A stretch of DNA of 64,000 nt from Paragordius varius. Lineage: Eukaryota > Animalia > Nematomorpha. The translations under genes and the position numbers were made by a program. The notes beneath the pieces are model-generated. The model was not told the DNA's origin. It saw nothing but the letters and a program-made list of their open reading frames with translations, and did no database searches. The stretch is taken from NCBI GenBank assembly GCA_964247055.1, contig OZ176054.1, forward strand, positions 3,906,001 through 3,970,000. The letters are read 5' to 3'. Within the stretch, counting starts at the first letter, position 1. Every line of letters starts with the position of its first letter. Of this stretch, positions 41,001 to 54,400 are shown in pieces.

Positions 41001-44000
41001 CAAAAACTTTAAGCCGATAATTTTTGCCTTTTACTGTATGCTATTTAGCAGAAATTAATGAAAAAAAACAAAATTTTTTTAAAACTAATAATGCAAAATC
41101 AGTATCTAAAAAAATTTTATAGGCGCAATTGATAACACCACTTTTTCATCTAAAGCTGGTTCAGGGCAAGTCAATTTTATTCAGAAACTTTTTTATTCAA
41201 ACAAACCACAAAATTTTATCATATCCAATATGTGTTATTCAACGCAACATCTTTTGAATTAAAAAGGAAATTTCGCCCAAAATCAACTCGTTTAAGATAC
41301 AAAACTTACCCAATTGTTTTATAATTAGAAAAAAATTCTAAATTATTCCAAATTTTTGATACATTTGTCCTTTAAAAATGATATTTAACTAAAATATAGT
41401 ATACCTTGTTTGCCGGGGCAAGGTTTCACAAGTTTGCTCATTATTTTGTTGCGAAACAATGTTGCATCACTTTGCTTGTTGTGTCCAGCTGATGATGATG
41501 GGTGATGTTGTGTCGTGCCGCCGTGCGTACAATCGGACATTACGTCTTCTGTCATACTAAAGTGTAGGATATCCCCTTCATGATCATCATCATAATGATG
41601 TCGATTTCTCCTTCTACTCGTCCCTTCCCTTTGGTTGCCATGACGACGATGCCGACGTCGACATCTTACAAATTCATTTCTACTGTTTCGTACAAAAGTT
41701 ATGTCAGAGTCGCCCTCAGAATCATCCGAGGAGTTTGTACTTTCTGAAGAAGAGTTAGTTGTACTCGTTGTTGTACTGCCAAGAGTGCGTTCATCCTCGT
41801 CATCACTCGAGTTTGAGTCTGAATGCGAGTGCGAGTGAGTACTTGTCGAGTCATCGTCCTCATCATCGCCTTCATCATCTTCCATTTCTTCGGGATCAAC
41901 GTCGGTATCCTCTTCACCAATCTAAAATAATCATGGAGGCACAAACGTAATAAAGGTAGACTGAAACTCTAACATGTACTTTACTATGCTTTTGCGAATA
42001 CATGATATACGTTGAAGCGAGATTTTACTTCCTATCAGGAAAAAATATTTTTTTACAAGGATGACCATATTTTTAAAACCTAAACCCATCGTTTTGGGTT
42101 GTGGGAAGGCACAGAGTTGTAATTTGTCAACAATAATCTATATATTTATAAAAATGGAAAATGCTGGCTTTGTGATCTGGTACAGGAAAACCGGTAGACC
42201 CAATCAAATCCAAATATCGAAAAAATATAATCATTAATAAATGTCCCGACAATAGCTTCGCCCTTTTTTTGAAATAGGCCCCCAGTTCGGGCCCACCCCG
42301 TATGAAAAACGGGTTTTTTTTTGAAAACAGAAGTCCACAAAAATCGTGTCTTTGAGACAATTTTCCGGAGAACGTGTTGGACCATTCAATTTCAAATATG
42401 ATTTTTGTTTACTTATTTTCGATTGCGCCGAACATAGTCCTCTCGCTTTTTTAATTTAGTCCCACTTTTTCCCGCTCCCCCCATAAAATGCCATTCCCCC
42501 CCCTTCCCCCCGAAGTCCGAAGGACTTCCTCGGGCTGCGTAGCAGCACGAGATTTACGCTAGTAAAATATAAAATTTAGAGTCTCTTTTTTTCTTTTTTA
42601 TTAAAGGTAAGGACTTAAATTGTATCAGGACTTGTGAAAGCTTGAACACTCGCTTGCCAAGGGCTAACAGTGATAATGACAGAAAAATCGCACAGTTCCG
42701 GGTTCGAACTATGGCACACCACATAACACAGTGAGAGTCCGGCGCCCCAAGTACTATACCATCACACCAAATGTTAATACAATTGCAAACCTCTCTTAGG
42801 TAGGTGTCTTTGGCCCGTCCTATTTCATACAATCGACATGTGCGTCTATCATCGTATTCATCGTTCAACAAAGCCGTAAAAGGATTTATGGATGAGCCCA
42901 TCATACCCCCTAGACCAGCGTGTGAGGGATGATAACTAGAAGCACCCAAGGAAGGACCAGACCCAACTGTATTGATATTTCCACCGACTGTGGAACCACC
43001 CGTAGCGTTTATATTACTGGAGGAGTAAAAGATTTATATAGACAATAGAGTTGGCTAAAATTATTATTGCTTTTGTAAAAGTAGTTTGACAACATATTAA
43101 ATGTTTTTTTACCATTGTTAATGAAACTATGTAATTTTTCATGCTTAAGATGTCATATACACTATGCATCAAATAAATACTATAATAAGCGCCTTATAAA
43201 TATAATTAAAATAAAGTAATACTTCATTTGATTACTTTGTCCAATGGGGCATCAATTTTTTAACGAAGTAATAAATGTTGTATTTTTCGTGTTCCGTTTT
43301 AAACATTATTTTAAATTTACAAAAAAAATCGAAAAGTAATGTATAAATTTAGGTAATATATGGAGATAAACCGCTTTTAAGAAAAACCGTGAAGATATCA
43401 AAAAGTTCGAGATATTTTTTTAGCCTAAATTAATAAATTTGTACCCAGGTTCACGATTAGTTAAAGATTCCCCCTCAATAATAACCATATAACGATCACT
43501 GCTTTCAGGACACATATCATACATTATACGCCTCATATCTATCGTTGCAATTTGGCTATTAGTCGACAATGTTCCCTTAATTGATGTCATAAGAAGATAG
43601 GTTTAGACAAATTATTTGATATTTAAAAAGGATTCTTATTTATTAAATAAAAATATGAAACTACTACCTGATAATCCGTATTAGAATCAAGGACTTTGAT
43701 CGAAGTGTCAAAACGCGACATACTGAGATAGGCTTGGTCATTCATTCTATCGTCATCAGTGTCAAGATATCTCACTATTATTCACAAAAACAGACATCAA
43801 CTATCATAAAAAATTTTTTTAACTAAAATCCACAAAAAAGGGACAAAAATTTTACTTGCATAAATGATTTCATTGGTTGGATTAAACGTTGTCCTACATT
43901 GGTCTAATGATGGTATTGTATTCAATAATTTGAATGTCCTCAAATCCCACTGTTTTTTTTTTAAAAATATATATATATATATATAGGCATTTTATTCATT

Positions 44001-47000
44001 TGCATAATATAAAGCATACTCAGATAGGTAACTTTACAGTTGTCGAAAAAATGAATTAAAATATATAGGAATATAGGTATTTTTAAACAAAATTAATTAA
44101 ACGAAAAGTCATGATAACGCTATTAATCCCATGTCATGTTATAACTAAAAACGATCACATATAATTTTGTGGCAAAAAATCAAACATACATGAAATTTTT
44201 CAACAAAACAACATTAATATTTTAAAAAATTAAATAATTACAATTTCACTGTTAATCAAGACTTCATAACCGTTTGGATGGAATTGTCCCGAAATGTTAG
44301 GATTTAACTTATCGAATTTATGGATCCATCGACCAGTATCAGCATCCCAGAGAATTCCATCCGAAAGAATATGTTCATCGTCTGGACTGTAAAATGCTCG
44401 GTTTTTCGTATAACCATTATTGAATTGAGCATCGTAAAGGCTTAAAATTCGCATCCCAGTTTCGACATCATACACCTAAGTTTTGACAAAGATGATAAGC
44501 ATCCCAAGTAAACTTTAACAATGTTAAGAGGTTAAAATCGAAACAGAAGAATAAACAGGGATTCAAAAGAAACCGGATGAGTATACGGTTAAATAAAATA
44601 AAATTTATTTTCTCCTTTTTAAAATACCTTACCAAAACTAAAAAGAATTTTGGTTTAGATTCCAACTCAAGAAAGATAAATTTTAACTTGTTTTATGTTT
44701 AAACGATCAATCACTATAAGCATATAGCATAACAAACATGTTTAAAACTTTATTACCTCGCTTTTTTGTCCTAGTTTACCTTTTGGGGTAGTTTTATATC
44801 CCAGAGCTCAATTTTTCAAATAAATTAATTTTACAAGTTATTTTAGTTAAAATTTAATTATCCAACAATGTTCTCGTGTATTAGTGCTTGTATTTTTTAC
44901 AGTTTTGTGACTTCTAGAGCCTAAAATCGGGACAGCTCCAAAACAAGATTGAAACAAACAGCTGATATTAAAATTATAATATAAAGAATTTTTGCTGGTA
45001 AAATGTAGTCTGAAAGGTTTAAAAGTAATTATTTACATTTTCTAACCATACTATACATTTATTGGCCTGTTGCATTAGCGATAAAATTTATAGATGTAAA
45101 AAAGGCGGCAAAAAAATTTCAAGGATTTTTTTCCAATTTTAAAATTTTTTTAAAAAAAATGTATAATGCTATTTTAAATTAGGCTTAATACCTTAAATAA
45201 TTTTTAAGATATTTAAATTTCAAATCGCTCTGGGATATAAAACTACTATAAAAGGTAATGGAGTGTTTTTATGTGAAAAGATAATAGTAAAGAAAGTAAA
45301 AACATGAGCTTTTTCAGCTTCTGTCCCAACTATTCGATATGGCTGATGACCCAGATTATTAAAAACAGGATATTCCAAATCTTTAAACGTAAGTTTTGGT
45401 TTCAAACTAATCATGGGAGTTATAACGCTATCCCGGGCCGTATCATATGGATCAAGGCTCCACAGGTACGATGTGTGTTTCCATTGGTAAAAACTGTATG
45501 TTAATAATATATTCCTTGCGTTTGTGTTCATGGTGTTTAGATAGCGATTGCTTTTGTTTCTATATATAATATATAGTTATAGTCGTACATATAAAATACA
45601 GTAGAAAAAAGCAATATTTTCTTTAATTTAATTTCAACCCTTCTATTCAACAAAATTGTTTTGTAAAAATAAAAAATTTAAATAAAACTTCATATAGACA
45701 CTACTGATTGATCGTATATTCACAAATAGGACATATAATAATAAAAACAAATCAATGATATAATGATTTTCTCATCTAAAAGAACTAACAAATGCCAACT
45801 AAACCTTGATGCGAAAATTCCATTGTAAAGAGGCCAAAATGAGCAATATACAATAGGGTCATTGGGACCACTATCGTCATCTTGTGAATCACGCGTAGTT
45901 TCCAGCGAATAAATACACTCCACCAATCCGGAATCAACATTAAAACATTTCAAATCTCCGGTCTCAGTCCCGACATATAGGGTATTAATATTATTCTAAA
46001 AAAGTAAATTGATTTTCGTTAGTTTTTTTTTATTTAAACATTATATTAAAATGTATTTTGTCCAATCTTCAAAAATGTTTGTACGATATATTTTTAACAA
46101 TTGAAAAATATAACCTTTTGAAATGTACAACATGTCATTAAAGCATCATCATCCATGTCTTTAAAAACTTTAATGCCACGCATTCTCCCATAAACATATT
46201 TTTTGTTCATAAGCTTACCGTCCAAACCTCCGTACAAGGGATTAATCTATCGGGTGAAAATTATTGTGTTATCATATATAAAATTTTGTGGTATTGGTTA
46301 GTTCACCGTTGGTGAACTAACAGCAGATGCCAATTTTAAATGTTCTGCAAAAACATCAACTTTGCAAAGAGTTTTTTGACAAGGGCATATGAAAAGAAAT
46401 ATTGCCATAAATTATACATCATGCATATGAAAGTTTATAGTAAACTTGAATATTAAAGGTTTAATTTCGGAAAGAACATAAATCATGAAATTGAATATAT
46501 AAAAATTAAAAGGAAATTACTGTTAAAAAATCACACATTTAAAATTTTAAGATTTGTCATTATGATTTTAGTTTTTTGAATTTTATAACGATTTTACGAT
46601 ACCGATATGCGAGACTGACGCCGTGTAATATTGAATGGTGCACACCGACGATTCCTAGGCACAGGGCATTGATGTGGAGCTAGGAGGGAAAATGAGGGAC
46701 ATATAACCATAGGATTAACACAGTGAGAATGTTGTTCACGTAAATACTCTCGTACTATATCATCCAATTTTATGGGTGGTTTAGTAATGATTGTTTCTGT
46801 GTTGTTATTAGTTGAAAAGAAAGAATTTAGATCGATTAAGTGTTGATTATGGTTTTCGTGATGGCCTCCTTTGTTATCTATTCCATTAATTATTGTATCA
46901 TTGCTAATGCATTCGGTTAGAGGAAACGTGGGTATTGCTGTTGATTGGTGCAAGACATTGTTTGTCGTCATTTGTTGTAGTTTTCTATGTTTCAAAGATT

Positions 47001-50000
47001 CATAGTGTGTAAAGAAAAAAAGTAAATTAGCTGTATAACTTATAATCTAAAGATTTGCATTATATAATAAATGCGTCAGACCATTACCAAAAGTGTGACT
47101 GATCACAAATATATTTAGGAGTCGAAAAAATTCAAACAATATATTTATCACATGATAAAATTTAAGATTTAATCAAATTCTCATCAATTGATTAATATAT
47201 TATAGAGAACTATATAAATCCGTTTATATGATTATTTTTATTTTTGGATCAGCTACAACATACATCTTACATTTGTTGTAATGATGATTGGTTATGACCA
47301 AAAATAACTGATTTAGGAGGGTTTAGACGGTTATTTTAACCAGTTCTAAGTAATAGTCTATATATATTTACCTCAAAGCTGGGCTTTGTTGGTAAAATAT
47401 ATCATCTGTTCGTTGCCAATCTTTTTTGGTTGAAGTAGAATGCGTTGGAGTTTTTTTGTGCGCAGGGGTATTAGAGGTCAAATTTTCTTTATTAGCGCCA
47501 CCAGAATCCGAAAATGTGCGATTAAATTTAATCTTTTTAATCGGTTTTTTATGAGAGTAGTGTAATGCATTGTCGGTATTACCATGTTTTATAGATGATG
47601 ATTGCATAAAAATAGCGTTATTGTTATTTTGATTGGGAGATTCGAATTTGATGATATTACGCTTAAAATGTTTAGCTTTTCGAAACTTTTTAATTTTTGA
47701 AGAATGTGAGCGATCTTTATTTGTAGTTAAATCATGCATTTCGCGCTCCAAAATTTGTGAAGAAAAGGGTGACGGTGACATAGAATGGAGACGTTTTATG
47801 CCTTTTTTGGCTACGTTTTTGTTCTGTGTAAGAGCTGTCAAATTTATAGAGTCATATTTCATGTCCGGCATATTTGTACCGAAATCTATGCTATCAGCAT
47901 TCATATCTGTATTCAGGTATTTAAATCCACCAAATCTCGAAGGCAAATTAACCAAAAACTTGTTGTTTAATGTCAAATTTTTATTGTATCTTTGGGATGA
48001 ATGGTAGTCTTTTCCATTTGTTGGGATAAATGTAGATGGTAATTTAACATTTCCCGTGTATGTGTAACAATCTTCGTTGAAATCAATTGCATTAAGATTA
48101 TTGTTAGTCTGTGTGAGTTCCTTCTTTTTTTCGCTACTCACTTCCACACCATTTATGTTGGTGCATGGATTGATATTGTGATCTCCAGAAGCTCCAATTT
48201 CACTTAAAGCAGTATTACCCCCTAACCATATATTTTTAGCTTCGGCAAAGAGAGAATGTGCCGTTTGATACATGCCATTATCATTAAGGTAATTGAATAT
48301 GAGGTAAAGTAATTCTTTACGACTAAATGTTATACGGGTTTGGGCTACAACATGCGCTCTATACTGCAAAAGTTGATAATCTAAAGTGCTCGAGGGTACC
48401 GCACTATTCAACATTAATGATGTGGCATTTACAGCGTTTTGATTATGTACGGTTTGTTGTAACATATTACCATTTAGGGTATTACTGATTGGTATGTTAA
48501 AATTAGGGGGACCTGTTCCATTTGTAGTTATAGCTGCTAAGCTATATGGTGTCATATTGTTGTTGGACATGATATAATCATGGAATGGGAGATCGTTTTC
48601 ATCGAAAGATGCTTTGGTGTTGCCTGAAATAAAATATGTTAGAATAATATAATAAAGCGTTAATATACTAATTACACACTTCAAATTATTCATTTTATAT
48701 TCACTCTTAAAATTTCAAAAACACCCATATATGTTTATAGGCTTAAATAATTGATAATTTGGTGTTAATTATTTGTGTATATTGTATCATTTTTCTGTTT
48801 TATTACTCTAATTTATAAACCTTCTTTGCCTAGAAACACATTATTTACTTGTAGGGTGATTTTAAAATGTTTCACGAGGAAGAAACCTCAAGGGCAATCC
48901 TTTTGTCAACTAATATGGTGCAATAAATAATATAACCATTTTGTTTATTTTTATGGTGCATTATTTGGCTATATAAAACACTGTTTTTATCATTCTTGGA
49001 TATGAAAATGTATTATATATTATTGTGTTTGTTTTTATATCCTAAAATAATTATCTTAAAACTAATACCCTTTAACATGGCTAAGAGGTGACGAATAGCC
49101 GAACAAAATTTTTGATGTGTGGCAAGGTTGTCTTGCAAAACTGGTTCACGCATAACCAATTGAATTTGTCCATTGTTAAAGAGTGGCAATTTGGCCACAA
49201 TTTGTCGGACAGTTTCACTACGAAGTAATCCACACAAAGCGCGACAAGAAAGGTAGCGGATTTCATCGGCATCGTTTAATGGCATACGAATAGTTAGTAA
49301 ATTTAAGAGAACCTATATATATAGACAGTAAAAGTTGAAATTATAAAGACACACCATATTTTTACACCTGAATTTTTCAAATATAAATCGTTTTGGTTTG
49401 CAAAAAAATAGAGATATATCTTTGTAACAAACTATATTATACAATTGTGATAATGGTAATAGAAAAAACAAGGTAAAAATTATTACTGTCTTCAACTTTA
49501 TAAAAAAATATTTGTCTTTTAGTTATTACATTTTATTTATATCATTTAAATTTTATATTTATCAGATAATTATCCGAACCGTTTTTGTGGAAACGAAACC
49601 AGAAGCTTTTTAATAAAAAATGATAAGAAAATTGACTTTAAAAAGAAAGTGATATTAATTTCGGTAAATTTAGTGTCAGTTAATTGAAGTGATTCATAAT
49701 TACTTAAAACCATTATGTGTCTTATTATATTATATAATTAAACTAATTTATGTATACAAAATAAACTTAAGTTTCATTTTTATAAAATTTATAGATATTT
49801 TATATGAATATTTAAAATATAACCATAAGGCCATTATTGTTTCGTATACAGCGCCAAACTTTAGGGAAGCTATCATCAATACTAACACCTGATGACGAAA
49901 CTCCAAAATTCTGACTTTTACGTTTCGTGCTACAAATATAAAATATAATTAATAAAATTAAAAATATTTAGGGATTATGCCCGCAAAAAATTAAAATGAT

Positions 50001-51390
50001 ATAAATAATTTAAAAATTTATATTGTGCAAAACATATTAGTTTTAAAAACCCAGTTATAATGTATATAAAATTACAATCATCTCTATATATTTTTATAAA
50101 TGTCTTAAATTAGTCGGAAAAAATATATCTTTTGATTAGATTTCATAAACAGTGAATGTTGGATAATGTAATTTTTTTTATATGGTTGTTAAATAATAAT
50201 ATAGATACCCCATTTTTCTTTGATTGAATTTAAAGTGTTATCAGATTAAAGATAAAATTACATTTTAAGGCTGTTTTTGAATAATAAATAATTGCGTTCG
50301 AAAAATCATGAAAACAGTCTTATGTTTGATATCTAATATGCCCATGTGTTTATTTTTTTTAAAAAAAAAGATGGGGCCAGCAAGGCTTTATGTTGAGCAC
50401 GTGAATAAAAAAAATATAAAAAATTTTCGGATTTATTTTTACTAAAACATGCACATAAAAAATCAACAAAGTTTTTATTACTTTGTTGATGTCGTGGTCG
50501 ATAAGGGGAAATTGGAAAGAGAGGTCGTCGCTGAGGAATGATGCGAAACGGAATTTTGAGTTAAGTTACAAACACAATTTATAATGATGGATAGAGCATG
50601 CTTTTGTACTTCGGGATCATTGATAATACGTGGTTCAGCACATGCCAAAATTATAGCCATTCCTATTATCATTATATAAAGATCATATTTTTTGTGTTAA
50701 AAAATAAGGGTGACATTGGAATATTAATAGGATTAAAATTTGTATAATTAAAAAAGCATATAATGACAAACACGAAATACTACAGCAAATTTCTTCTAAC
50801 CCAGGATTGTTATTAGGCAATTTAAGATGAGGAAATTACACACTTATTAAATAATTGTCATTATATTGTAATAGAACCATTATAAATAAATAGCTTGCAA
50901 CTGAAATTCGTTAATAAGGAATAATACACTATTATAATAATATCATATAATTAGTTCTGTGCAAATAAATATTAAATTTTTCAAATAAACTGTTTAACCT
51001 GTTATAGAGTTGTATTCATTGACAGACGTGGTATCGAGATAATCCCTGGAACTTTTTGTGGCAGATCCCATATGAATATGTGGATATTTATGTGATAGAT
51101 TTTCATTAGCACTATTATTGCCTTCCAAGTGATTCGTTGATTTCCTTAATAACTCATGTTTTCGAGATTGCGTATACTGATTCGTAGATGATTGAGCTTT
51201 ATTAGTGTCTATGAATATTAAAAGTTATGAATAAAGATAGAATAATCTCTAGAAACAAAATTTATGAAATAATAACGGATAAAAATATAAGGATTCCTAA
51301 ATATAAATGTCTTCATTTTTTTATATGGTTAAAGTTTAACATATATGGTGTGGTTTATACAGAATCGTAAAAATATATATAAGTTCCATC

Positions 51391-51424
<34 letters not shown>

Positions 51425-54400
51425 ATATATATATAATATAAAAATTTTTGTTATACAAATTATGGCATCATAAATCTAATAAGACACCCATAAATTCTTC
51501 GTATAAAAAAAATGTTAATGGTTATTTATTAAATTCATAAAAAACAAAATACATATTACACAATCATGTGTCATACGCTCTTATTATTACATAAAAAATA
51601 TTAGGTAGTAAAATTACTTGAACAACTATTCAATGATTTACAAAGGGCTAATTGATTCCCAGGTTGCAGAAAGGTGAGGTATTTAATAATTTCCAAAGCG
51701 TGTCTTATAACTTCGTGTCTAGCATTAAAAGCTGTCCATTCCCCTGCTGCAAGACACGTCCTTAGTAAGAGACGTAAGATACCCAACCGCACGAGTTTGA
51801 GTGAGGGAGTCCAATTCGTAAGGACAGTTATGTTATTTTCATTGCTGATAAAATGATATAAAAAGTTTTTTTTTGAATATATTTTAAAAAGATATGGGGA
51901 ACCACACACTTTGTTTTCAGATGTGGGTTTAAACATTAAAAATTCTAAGCTGAGAATGAAACCACAAAAATATTTTAGCCAAAATTTTCCTAAAACTCAA
52001 ACAGTAATCATTTGGCCTGTCTAAAACCATTTTTTTATAAAAAAAAAGATGTTAATCGAAGATAATTAATAAAAATTATAAAAAATGTAAAATACTTTAG
52101 GACGAGTTTGCTAGTTTTGGCCGATTCTTTGGACATGTATATTATGTAATTCATGACTTTTTGCATCAATTCAGGCGTCAATTTAATGGCCTTGTATGGT
52201 TGATTAACGTTGGATGATGGAGAAAGTGACATATCATAGGGAGAGGGATAATATCTATATAGGATATACATATTCATAAATTTAAAAAATAAATATTAAA
52301 TTAGAGATATAGATAGGCATTAAAAAATCTTGCAAAGTAACCTATTATTATTTCCATTTATGCCATTATTGGCTCCTGATAATATGACTAGCCTGGCTTC
52401 AAGGTATCGTTTAAGCGCCAAGAGTGTATATCTACAAGCTTGTCTCTGAACAAATAAATCATCTTCAGATAAATGATGGGCCGGATTTTCAGGTCCATCG
52501 TCAAAATCCGTTACATAAATTTGTAGCGTATTTAGCTAAATTTTTTATGCAATATAGTTAGGCGAAAATACTAAAAATAAAATATATAATCAATTATCTA
52601 CAATTATTATTACGAATTCGATAAAGATTAAAAAAAGTCAAGTGGCAGAAAAATTTTTGAGCTAATATTATTACTTACTCAATTGATTTTTTTTGACAAT
52701 CACTAATTTAAAAGATTTATAAATTTTAAAACTGTATATATTATTACATTATTAACTAGTTTTCGTAAACCATCTTGTCGATCAAATATATCAAGAATAA
52801 TACGGAATGGAAAGGAAACGGAAAGAAAAAGTACAGCATGAGTCCTTCCAGATTGATGTGAGCACATAAGTAACCATAAAACATACCTAATTTCATTAAT
52901 AAATCAGTATATATTTTATTTAAAAAATTAATTGTAACAAATATATGGAGAAGAATACTAACTCTACATATTTTTCCAGGGTAGGGTAGGGGAGCTGACA
53001 TATCTGTATGTATAATATAAAAAAATTGTATATAAAACAAAAGCGTTTAGAATAAAGGATACGTAAAGAATAAAAGTTTGATACTTAAGGTATTTGGCAT
53101 AGATTACATTTTATGATTAAAATATTTAATATTATGCAAATTACAGAAGGTAAACCTAATCTAGTTGTGTTTAATGCATGGTTATATTCCCGTGAATGTT
53201 AGATATTCAAATAAAAATTATTGAAAAGAGAAAATAGCGTTTAAAGGTAAATATAAAGGTGAACTATCATATTCATGATTAATTGATTATTTTATCAACC
53301 AATCTCATCATTAAAATTCCAAAAACTAATTTTAAAAGTTTACCCTTTCCATAGCGTCTTCGTAGTAAGCCAAATAGTAAAGGCATAAACTAATCCCAGT
53401 AGCCGCCATAGAGGGTCGCTTTATTTCCAGAAGTTTTTGAACGCCGCCCGCAGCGATAAAAGCAAGTGCAAACTTTTTATGCACAAAAAGACTGGCTAAA
53501 TAATGTAAAGCCTTAAATGCAAGACATGCATCGAATGGTAACACTTGTTGTGATACTGATGAACTATCTATAAATAAATTAAATCAATTATGCATAACAT
53601 TTGAAATAATTAAAATACGGTGTGTACAAATATCCACGTATAAAAAATATTTCTATTTATTGAGAATAATATTATTAATATATACTATCACACATCAAAA
53701 ATGTATAACACGTTGAAAATTATATACTATCAAAAAATCTGAGTTATTTGGTTAAAATAGGTTTGTTTTGGGCTTTGTTTTTAAGCAATCATCTTTTATG
53801 CAATAATGCATTCTAAATGTATGGACTAACCGCATTGATGTAAAAAAGGTCTAAAAATATCGTACAAGGTACGCACTTTTAGATAAAACAAATTATTGTT
53901 GTACATAATTGGAAAGCAGTTAAGATATTTAACACTTACATCTTTATTTTGGAAACATATTGTGTACAAACCAAAATTAATTGTAATTATAGCATTTTCT
54001 AGATAGTAATTTATATATTTTTTTTAACAATTTATCAACATTTTATGAGATTTAGTTATCTAAGAGTTTTTAATTATAAAAAACACACCAGAATCATCAG
54101 TATTTAGTAGGACAACATTTTGAGCAGCCATATCGATATAATTGAGGAGTAAAGATAGGACATTTTGATCAAAAAGGGTAGCCACGTGCTAAAACAATTA
54201 TTTAATCATTTAAAATAAAAATAAAATATTTTTCAATCAATATCAAAAATTATATGAAATTTTTTCAGAAGTAAATCAAAAATAATAAAATGTATACTTC
54301 CTGATAACCACCCAAAGCCGTTAAATATTTAAGTATTAGTCTTTGTTTCATTTGACTAGTTAGGGGATTCATTCGATACGATCCAATCATGTAAAATTGC

